The position numbers and the translations under genes are program-made. The notes under the pieces are model-generated. The model was not told where the DNA came from. It searched no databases and saw only the letters and a list, made by a program, of their open reading frames with translations. Below, piece after piece: positions 46,601 to 52,827 of a DNA stretch of 52,827 nucleotides (positions within the stretch are counted from its first letter, which is position 1; each line of letters opens with the position of its first letter). The DNA is taken from positions 1 to 52,827 of the forward strand of contig CAYUFT010000002.1 of the NCBI GenBank assembly GCA_964444115.1, given 5' to 3'. The stretch comes from an uncultured Methanobacteriaceae archaeon (GTDB lineage Archaea; Methanobacteriota; Methanobacteria; Methanobacteriales; Methanobacteriaceae).

Positions 46601-47831
46601 TCCAAAAGAGAACATCCCTTCTGAGGAAGAATTAATCTCTGATCTTGAAAAAATGCTAAAACTTTATGATGATTTAAGTGAATTAACTTCTATTCAATTT
46701 AATTCATTCAATGACTTTTTAAAAGATAAGAACTTCTTATACACTCCAGAAATGTTGGAGAATTACTTACTTTCATTGAAGGTCAAACCATTTGTCATAT
46801 TAACGGGTAACTCCGGTACTGGTAAGACAAAAATAGCACAGCTTTTTGCAGAATACTTAGAACAAAAAGATGTAGGTGAATCAGTAATAATACCCGTGGG
46901 TGCTAACTGGACTGAAAATAGACATCTAATGGGATTCTTTAATGTGATAACCAGTGACTACCAGTCAACCCCAGCCCTAGATCTAATAATAAAGGCCTCA
47001 AATGACAATAGTAAACCTTATTTTTTAATCCTGGATGAAATGAATCTTTCTCATGTGGAACGTTATTTCTCTGACTTTTTATCGGCCATGGAAAGTGGTA
47101 AAGAAATATCCCTATATTCCAAGGATAATGCTAAAGTTATTAAGAACAAACTAATCCCTGAAAAACTGGAAATTCCAGATAACTTATTTGTTATTGGAAC
47201 CGTTAATGTGGATGAAACAACCTTTAGGTTATTTCCTAAGGTTCTGGATAGGGCCAATACTATTGAATTTAAAACATATCCTGCTAGGGACTACATAATG
47301 TGTGAAATTGAACATGAATCTCCCAAAGGAGATATTAATTATTTAGAGAATCCCATATCTGATTTTAAAATGAGAAAATGTAAAATAAACAATTTAAAAG
47401 ATAAATTAACTCACGTGAAAGTCAATGACAATAATAACCTCTGGGAAGAGTTGGCCTTAGAGATTCATTCATTCCAAGATGTTTTATCCACAGCAGGCTT
47501 TGATTTTGGATTCCGAGTTATTGATGAGATAATGAGATTCATGTATACTGCCTGGCTTTATGAAGATTCACCCGATGAATGGAATAACTGGGAGCGTTAT
47601 TTTGATGCTCAAATTATGCAAAAAATGCTTCCTAAAATTCATGGCTCTCAAAGAGAGCTTGAAACTATTTTAGAAGAACTTTTCAAAAAATGCTACCGAA
47701 GTAATTTTGAAGAATTGTGGTATTCAATTAATTTAGAAGGAAATGACATTATTTATGCATCAAGTGCTAAAAAGCTTCAAAGAATGGGTAAAACTCTTCA
47801 GGAAAAACGATTTGTATCATTTACGGATTAG
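43695..47831 (+). CDS. mcrB: McrB-like AAA+ GTPase with an N-terminal EVE/PUA-like domain, a second PUA-like domain and a DUF3578 (MrcB_N)-like domain
   Basis: EVE-like aa 1-125 (KGDIILIYTG...IGFILKAISDP...LSQLKENPIL...FKMSQEEWKEI). Second PUA-like domain about 44885-45300 (KVWKISPGN...GYIGVGW...IKIGDYVVA...GIGIIKSDY...FRKVEWL). DUF3578-like about 46250-46435 (WHYCPYVALMNEKITSKHITGYYVNYMFREDMSGIYLALRQG). AAA+ region: VILTGNSGTGKTK (46806-46829), FLILDEMNLSHVERYFSDFLSAME, FVIGTVNVDETT, LDRANTIEF. Confidence 0.85.
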   Translation: MKWTFIINKDFYSELKSKNEIKWNSAKEVKKGDIILIYTGSPYSNIGFILKAISDPFEDSEIRKAWDRPAIMVEKLLEIPEPIELSQLKENPILSNWGAVRMGFRGSHFKMSQEEWKEIIKLILGQNPELEVEILNLENILSNGTINPETIHYNDLSAGRAHLVRDLCYLIEKNSNLSEKKLFDILRRKVGNNDNYWKAYFLRSNKNNSPQYSLNSARSLGLVEKNSLHLTETGKELADLSTSNELFTHYYGLEVKKFFFKLAASIHSIKTAMQILKEKRELRFYSPTCKEIDKVTWDWKIENGKVICESDKYNKCKLCDNDFMTHMKESSLPLETMQKTNGEGYGFVFWMCSRITPMHLKGSDPVYSGNYIYWDDDAEKELGHLIKILDENKNSSPKVWKISPGNFEKRKKLWPILVEKGYIGVGWFGCESFIKKSFSQFKSLDSLKEELQKCSKKKAVIKNADMIWNFGKEIKIGDYVVANNGLKGIWGIGIIKSDYIPPDESIKLKIDEDNEYFHFRKVEWLITAPIEMKEDYFFVQQTIKKIDSEKWKKIKSSYIKINPEYERIFREMENKSKSGDIEQEIKLIKKLYAEFNKDYFSKPIGIEHAEGYEKERQEVLKYYNKIKDNPEIFNDTNNPIINYLLPIKRFSVAPTGFNDIKAVRRREDNLPEFSESVYNLIIDLINKNDSNEQKEVINTFKTGDGKGIQSAVLSSVLYFLNPTYLYINTKTVKTFRILSELLGHDKYINGNLIDYIDNLKRLKELKNEISAIIPEFKDFEVFDAFCNWMCDANLGAYAVNGIKLEILKKNYDLNIKNSFEILLENYNKAKVDKVSPAEKILVRDLLSTTIPEKLSEINQGQYKIFSSAWDKWHYCPYVALMNEKITSKHITGYYVNYMFREDMSGIYLALRQGVPEFDKRKLAKNSEEYRSKIRSQKEVTEFSEEIDLKSSQGQFGKFYESANIYSKFYPKENIPSEEELISDLEKMLKLYDDLSELTSIQFNSFNDFLKDKNFLYTPEMLENYLLSLKVKPFVILTGNSGTGKTKIAQLFAEYLEQKDVGESVIIPVGANWTENRHLMGFFNVITSDYQSTPALDLIIKASNDNSKPYFLILDEMNLSHVERYFSDFLSAMESGKEISLYSKDNAKVIKNKLIPEKLEIPDNLFVIGTVNVDETTFRLFPKVLDRANTIEFKTYPARDYIMCEIEHESPKGDINYLENPISDFKMRKCKINNLKDKLTHVKVNDNNNLWEELALEIHSFQDVLSTAGFDFGFRVIDEIMRFMYTAWLYEDSPDEWNNWERYFDAQIMQKMLPKIHGSQRELETILEELFKKCYRSNFEELWYSINLEGNDIIYASSAKKLQRMGKTLQEKRFVSFTD

Positions 47832-47836
47832 GTATA

Positions 47837-49624
47837 ATGATTACCCAAGAAATTAAAATCAGTTTCCAAGATGCATATGGGAATAATCTAGGAACACTGA
47901 TTATTACTTACTCTAACAAACACATTGAAGAGTATGAAACCTTCTCGAAAATGATTAATGGCAATTATATTGAATTTAAAAATGTTCCTCGAGTTTTTAA
48001 AACAAATCAGAATACAGCCATAGCATTTAATGAAAATAAATGTGTGCATGAGAGCATATTGCTACTGGAAGAAACGGAATATCAGCTTTTTTTCACTCCT
48101 GCGAATATTAATATTGAAAATATTTCATTTCCCACACTGGAAAAAAAAGACAAAACCCCGGTTTTCAAGAAATTAAATATTAATAGGGCTGATATTTACA
48201 GCGGAATTCTTAATTTCAAAGCATATGCTGGTAAATCATTTTTTGATGTTCAAATTGATAAAAACGTCTCTTTAAAATGTCCCTTCGAAGTTCGATCTAA
48301 AAAAATAGATTATATTAATCACTACTCCTCCATGATTAGTGATCTTTCACAAGCCGATTCTTCAATTATTCTTTATGATAAATCTCCGGTTCACAGTTTA
48401 CTAAACTTTGAAGAAAGGGTAAAAAAGAGTTTTTATGAAGATTTCATGTTTTTAGAATATATTTTCCGCCCTGAGAATCTTCCAACTTCTTATGGGCATA
48501 TAAGAAGAGACCCTCATAGAATACTAATTAAATATACTGAAACAGTCCCTATATCATTAGCATCATCTGTAGGGCCTTCCAGTTTAATTGATATAGTGGC
48601 TTGTCCTGAAAACCTGACTAAAACAGATGAAGTTCCTTTTAACTGGCCAGCTGAAATGAAGAACCTGGTTCCTCAGAAAGTCGCTAAAGAGAGTTATATT
48701 GATAATCTGGATACTCCTGAAAACAGATTTATTAAGTATTTTTTAACTTTATTATTTGAATTAATCAGTGAAATGAATTTATATATTGAAAAGGAAGGTA
48801 TTAATGGATATCCTGCTGAGAAGATAATAGAATATCAAGAAATTATTCAGGAATATGTTATGGATGAATGGGTAGATGAAGTAGGTAAACTGGATCATTT
48901 CCCATCAAATTCTCAAGTTCTACAAAAAAAAGAAGGATATCGAGAAATTTTTGACTATTTCCTAATATTCGAGTTCAGCTTTAATTTCCAGTTCGAAGAA
49001 GTAAAAGAAGAAATTAAAGGATATCAAAAAAAGCTCAGTGAACTTTATGAATACTGGTGCTATCTTAAACTTATTAAAATTATGAGTAAATTATCCAGAG
49101 TTAAAGTTAATTATTCCTCTATTTTCGATTTAAATAGAAAAAAATGGTCTATTAAGGTTAAAAGAGGGGAAGAATCATCTCAAAAATTTATAATCCCCTT
49201 AAATGATATGGATTTGGAAGTAGAATTAGAGTTTAACAGAGAATTTAAAAAATATGAATTAAATTACAATCCATATCCCTTAAAATATAGGCCAGATTAT
49301 ACAATTATAGTGAAAACAAGTTATTATAAAGTATTTTTACATTTCGATGCTAAATATAAACTAAACAAAGAAACTTTTAAAAATGAGGATATTTTTAAAA
49401 TGCATACATATAAAGATGCCATTAAATATTCATCAGGGGCTTATGTATTATATCCCGGTCTGAAAGAAGGAATATATTATGAAAACGAAAAAACTGTGGC
49501 ATCTGTAGGAGCATTCCCTCTTAAACCCGGAAAATTAGATATTGAAGATGAAAATAAGATAGAAACATTTTTAATTAAATTTTTAAACTTAATTTCAGAA
49601 GAATCAGAGGACAATATTAAATAA
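47837..49624 (+). CDS. mcrC: McrC-like protein (DUF2357-type N-region + PD-(D/E)xK nuclease, DUF524-like)
   Basis: 5-nt gap after the McrB-like gene. C-terminal nuclease motif YRPDYTIIVK...FLHFDAKYK (DAK at 49346-49354) ...HTYKDAI. Confidence 0.8.
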   Translation: MITQEIKISFQDAYGNNLGTLIITYSNKHIEEYETFSKMINGNYIEFKNVPRVFKTNQNTAIAFNENKCVHESILLLEETEYQLFFTPANINIENISFPTLEKKDKTPVFKKLNINRADIYSGILNFKAYAGKSFFDVQIDKNVSLKCPFEVRSKKIDYINHYSSMISDLSQADSSIILYDKSPVHSLLNFEERVKKSFYEDFMFLEYIFRPENLPTSYGHIRRDPHRILIKYTETVPISLASSVGPSSLIDIVACPENLTKTDEVPFNWPAEMKNLVPQKVAKESYIDNLDTPENRFIKYFLTLLFELISEMNLYIEKEGINGYPAEKIIEYQEIIQEYVMDEWVDEVGKLDHFPSNSQVLQKKEGYREIFDYFLIFEFSFNFQFEEVKEEIKGYQKKLSELYEYWCYLKLIKIMSKLSRVKVNYSSIFDLNRKKWSIKVKRGEESSQKFIIPLNDMDLEVELEFNREFKKYELNYNPYPLKYRPDYTIIVKTSYYKVFLHFDAKYKLNKETFKNEDIFKMHTYKDAIKYSSGAYVLYPGLKEGIYYENEKTVASVGAFPLKPGKLDIEDENKIETFLIKFLNLISEESEDNIK

Positions 49625-49661
49625 CTGAAAGATTCATGATTGATTAAAAAAATTAAATGAA

Positions 49662-50912
49662 CTATTCAAATATTTCTAGTTCATCATCAAAATTGTCCCA
49701 TTCTAGATTGTCAAATAAGTCAATTATTTTTTCACTGGAGTCGAATTTATCTGGATTTTGTTGAACTATATCCAGCGCACTGACTACTCCCCGAACATAA
49801 TCTCGGGGCTGTACTGAACCGGTAAGAATCGATTTTTCTTTGTAGAAATCAATGATACTCACAATTAAACTATCATCAAATTTATCTGTGATTTCATTCC
49901 CATATACTGAAGAATACAATACTAGGATTTTTCTAGTTAATGTGTCCAGATCTTCATTAGTAAATCCTTCCAACTTCATAATAGGCTTTCTAAAATCTTT
50001 ATATTCAGATTCTATAGCATCTTTAATTCTCTGATGCAAGGCTGGATAGGAGGGAACCCCTTTTTCTGGATTTTCAAAAAATTCATCAGTACCGGCCATT
50101 ACAAACAGGGTCTTTTCAAAATTACCTAAATTGCACTCATCATACAAATATCTAACATAATCCAGAGCCGTGGATCGGATATTCTTATTGGCCAGCATTA
50201 TAATAAATTCAATCTCATCAATCAATATAACAAGACCATTGTAACCTATAGATGAAATAAAAGCAGACAAGGCCTTTAAAAAGTCAAATACATTTTCCTT
50301 AGAAACTCCGCCCTTAACTCCAAATTGTCTTTTCACGGTGAAAGGAATATTATCATCACATCTTAGCCAGGCCTGGGCATAGTTAGCAATTTCATCATCA
50401 CCATTTACCGAAGCCTCATAGTAACTTTCAATAGCTGTAACAAAGGAATTAGAATAATTTCGGGCACTCTGCAAATCAATGTGGATATTATCCATCACAA
50501 TATGATTTTGCTGTAAAGGGTCTTCCGTTTCATCCATAGCCGCGATTTTAAGTTCATTTATCCATCTTTCAATGATATGCTGCAGTGAAACTCCAGTTTT
50601 ACATTTTAAAGTGCTTACAATTTTTCTATAAACTTCTTCAAATTTATTAAAGGGAACATCACGAGTAATAGTTATCTTAGAGACTACAAAATTATTTTCC
50701 AGTGCATTTTCCTCAATCATTTTCAGTAAGAATGATTTTCCAGTCCCAAATTTTCCTTCCACAAATTTTGCGGAACCTTTTCCTTGTTTAATGTTTTCCA
50801 GTATATTTTGAAATTCTAAAATTTCTGAATCCCGTCCCACCGAAATTTCAAAAGTACCCTCTGGAGGAACATTTCCATCCTTTAGTGCCCTTATTATATC
50901 TTCATTTTCCAT
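49662..50912 (-). CDS. P-loop ATPase (DUF2791/BrxD-like by pattern)
   Basis: Walker A VEGKFGTGKSFLLK, Walker B GLVILIDEIEF. 9-nt gap after the upstream co-oriented gene. The family name is from memory of the motif layout and has not been searched. Confidence 0.65.
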   Translation of the reverse strand: MENEDIIRALKDGNVPPEGTFEISVGRDSEILEFQNILENIKQGKGSAKFVEGKFGTGKSFLLKMIEENALENNFVVSKITITRDVPFNKFEEVYRKIVSTLKCKTGVSLQHIIERWINELKIAAMDETEDPLQQNHIVMDNIHIDLQSARNYSNSFVTAIESYYEASVNGDDEIANYAQAWLRCDDNIPFTVKRQFGVKGGVSKENVFDFLKALSAFISSIGYNGLVILIDEIEFIIMLANKNIRSTALDYVRYLYDECNLGNFEKTLFVMAGTDEFFENPEKGVPSYPALHQRIKDAIESEYKDFRKPIMKLEGFTNEDLDTLTRKILVLYSSVYGNEITDKFDDSLIVSIIDFYKEKSILTGSVQPRDYVRGVVSALDIVQQNPDKFDSSEKIIDLFDNLEWDNFDDELEIFE

Positions 50913-50921
50913 TTTAACCCC

Positions 50922-51485
50922 TCACCGCAGTTTAATATAAGCCAATTGATTATCGTTTCCCCTTGAATCAAAAAGTTGAACAAATTTTTTAGGATCCCGA
51001 GAAGTGGTATGTACTATACCTACTTTCCATACATTATATCGATAAAAGTTATTTATTTCTGTTAAACTCTTGGTAATCCCTTGAGATTTAATTAAAGCAT
51101 GTAATAATTTAATAAATTCCTTAATTTCAATTTGATTTAGATTTTGAGTTTCTTGAAGGACTTCATATAATCCCGATATGGAATTAAGAATAAATTCATC
51201 ATAATTAAATGAAATTGACTCAAAATATGTAGGAAATTCATCAGTGGATGTTGATTTTCTGAAAACTCTTTTAAAATCAGTCTCTGAAATTTCCCGGTAC
51301 TCTGAGTTAAAGTAACTGGAAAATTTCTTTTTATTCTTTACAAACTCTAGGCCATCGACATCAGAAACTATTACTGGATTTCGGAAATATTTGATAACCG
51401 CCAATTCAATTTTATGGGCGGACTTATCAAATCCTAGAATTTCATCATCAGACCGGAATAACCGCTTAACGAGACCAAATCCCAC
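50922..51485 (-). CDS. Hypothetical protein; the reading frame stays open 76 codons further upstream (to 51713) encoding a PUA/EVE-like segment without a canonical start
   Basis: The track ORF starts at GTG 51485 with no RBS. The upstream in-frame translation ...HFEGDYIKDKKFHNSPKYWIHRLEPDYIDSFHKKKIISSRSPQARAINKVNTKDRILFVCPINVGKSKKIAFVGFGLV is protein-like. Only ATA/ATT codons follow the TAA at 51716-51714. Confidence 0.55.
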   Translation of the reverse strand: MGFGLVKRLFRSDDEILGFDKSAHKIELAVIKYFRNPVIVSDVDGLEFVKNKKKFSSYFNSEYREISETDFKRVFRKSTSTDEFPTYFESISFNYDEFILNSISGLYEVLQETQNLNQIEIKEFIKLLHALIKSQGITKSLTEINNFYRYNVWKVGIVHTTSRDPKKFVQLFDSRGNDNQLAYIKLR

Positions 51486-51833
51486 AAAAGCTATTTTTTT
51501 AGATTTCCCAACATTAATAGGACAAACAAAAAGAATTCTATCTTTAGTATTAACCTTGTTAATGGCTCTGGCCTGGGGGCTACGGGAACTGATTATCTTT
51601 TTTTTATGGAAAGAGTCAATATAATCCGGTTCAAGCCGATGAATCCAGTACTTTGGAGAATTATGAAATTTTTTATCTTTAATATAATCACCCTCAAAAT
51701 GTATAATTATTAATTAAATTTTACATATATAATCATTTCTTTTTAATTCTCATCGATATATTTATTTAAACATATGTCATGTAAATATTAAATATAAACA
51801 ATACTTGTTTTATTATTGATATCAGGTAACAAA

Positions 51834-52827
51834 ATGTCACAGGAAAATAAGACTCCAGCGCAGCAATTAAACTCCAAAGGCGAATTAAATCAGAAACAAA
51901 AAGACATAGACCCTCGAAAAATTAATTATTATGATGTATTTAAAAAAGATTCAGATATTGAACCAGAAAAAATAGATTTTGATTCTAAAATTTGTGATAC
52001 TTGTGGGAACGATTTGCCCCTGAACATGTTTCTTAGGTCAGCTATGGAAGCTGATGGACATCGTAAAACCTGTCGAGATTGCACTAAAAAACAAAAAGCA
52101 GTCAAAGCATTACAAGAAATATCAGAATATGTTGATTTGGACACTCCATTTAAAAAAGAAGAGCTATCTAGAAAAATAAATATTGATTCTGCATTATTTG
52201 AATATTATATAGATATATTACTGGAATTAGAATTAATTAAGGCCGTTAAAGGTTCAAACTTTTACATTTTACCAAAAACACCTCAATTAGATGAATATGG
52301 TGTTTCTTTTAGCAGTGTAAAGATTAAAGAAAATGATAATTCTAGAAATAAAACCAATAAAGATTTAAATCTTAAGAATGGGACTAATAAGGAAACTAAA
52401 GTATGTGATTCTTGTAAAAAAGAACTTGAATTATCAATGTTTCTTATAACAAAATTAGAAGCGGATGGTTACCGAAAAATCTGTAGAAAATGTACTAAGA
52501 AGCAGAACGCCGCTCGAGCAATTAAAAATTTGCTAAAATTTGTAAAAATAGATGAAAAATTCACCATTGAACAGCTCAAGGGGAGAATCAGCGGTTCATT
52601 TAATTTTTATGAACGATATATTTGGATATTAGAAGAATTAGACTTGCTGGAATATAATGAAAAATCTGAATATTATAATTTAAAAAAAACCGATAAATTA
52701 GTTGAGTTTTGTAAAGAATTTTCCATAGAAATCCCTGAAACTCCAAATGAATTTACAAATAATCTAATTTCTAATAAATATGATGCTCCTAAAGAATCCA
52801 TTGATATAAAGAAAGAAAATGGAGATT
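51834..52827 (+). CDS. Partial CDS (runs off the window): protein with two tandem Zn-ribbon + wHTH-like modules
   Basis: The ATG at 51834 opens a frame with no stop to 52827 (331 codons). It is absent from the ORF track, presumably for lack of a stop. Module 1: CDTCGNDLPLNMFLRSAMEADGHRKTCRDCTKKQKAVKAL.... Module 2: CDSCKKELELSMFLITKLEADGYRKICRKCTKKQNAARAI.... Confidence 0.65.
   Translation, partial: MSQENKTPAQQLNSKGELNQKQKDIDPRKINYYDVFKKDSDIEPEKIDFDSKICDTCGNDLPLNMFLRSAMEADGHRKTCRDCTKKQKAVKALQEISEYVDLDTPFKKEELSRKINIDSALFEYYIDILLELELIKAVKGSNFYILPKTPQLDEYGVSFSSVKIKENDNSRNKTNKDLNLKNGTNKETKVCDSCKKELELSMFLITKLEADGYRKICRKCTKKQNAARAIKNLLKFVKIDEKFTIEQLKGRISGSFNFYERYIWILEELDLLEYNEKSEYYNLKKTDKLVEFCKEFSIEIPETPNEFTNNLISNKYDAPKESIDIKKENGD

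Noticed and set aside
51929-52144. 71-aa minus-strand ORF listed in the track
   Set aside because: It lies antisense to a 331-codon open frame (51834 to the window end) that has an internally duplicated Zn-ribbon module. The plus-strand frame is the better coding candidate.
1-52827. Searched by eye for rRNA, tRNA, CRISPR arrays, integrases, transposases and IS inverted repeats
   Set aside because: No G+C-rich structured islands, no spaced repeat arrays and no recombinase motifs were found. Absence cannot be proven without tRNAscan, Infernal or ISfinder-type searches.

Overview
This is a 52.8-kb window from an A+T-rich archaeal genome. It most likely comes from a Methanobacteriales-type methanogen. 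That call is inference, based on GGAGG/GGTGA-type ribosome-binding sites before most starts, a protein resembling a pseudomurein-binding-repeat surface protein, and many zinc-ribbon-anchored membrane proteins. I recognised no rRNA, tRNA, CRISPR array, integrase or transposase.

The window falls into three zones.

(i) 1-12.6 kb holds transport and housekeeping-type genes: an ABC-2 exporter pair, a FUSC-like membrane protein, a K+ channel with a scrambled relic copy upstream, a Na+/H+ antiporter, a secreted Ig-like protein and a HEPN-MNT toxin-antitoxin pair.

(ii) 12.6-24.5 kb is an accessory patch full of gene relics. These include a RecQ C-terminal remnant and two decayed copies of the 3' end of an AlbA_2/Schlafen-like gene, with a third short relic of the same module lying in zone (i) at 9038-9127. 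There is also a relic of an ABC-ATPase C-terminus. This zone also holds two membrane-anchored NERD proteins and a tandem array of zinc-ribbon/TM paralogues, including a zinc-ribbon-Hsp20 fusion.

(iii) 24.5-51.7 kb is a roughly 27-kb defence island. It contains:
- a DUF1998/MrfA-type helicase with a TPR tail plus an unknown partner
- a 1023-aa SF2 helicase-HNH fusion with an unassigned C-terminal domain
- a PrrC/RloC-like ABC ATPase with a coiled coil and a CxxC hook
- a complete Type I R-M operon (hsdM-hsdS-hsdR)
- a four-gene module joined directly to the Type I operon
- a divergently oriented P-loop ATPase plus PUA-like protein pair

The four-gene module consists of a PD-(D/E)xK-like N-domain fused to a catalytically degenerate HsdM-like domain and one TRD, then a small HEPN protein, a 1378-aa McrB-like GTPase with three reader-type domains, and a McrC-like nuclease.

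The best candidate for an undescribed system is this dead-methylase/TRD + HEPN + McrBC-like operon at 40740-49624. The helicase-HNH gene and the ATPase/PUA-like pair are secondary candidates.

All domain calls come from reading motifs in the translated ORFs. No database search was possible.
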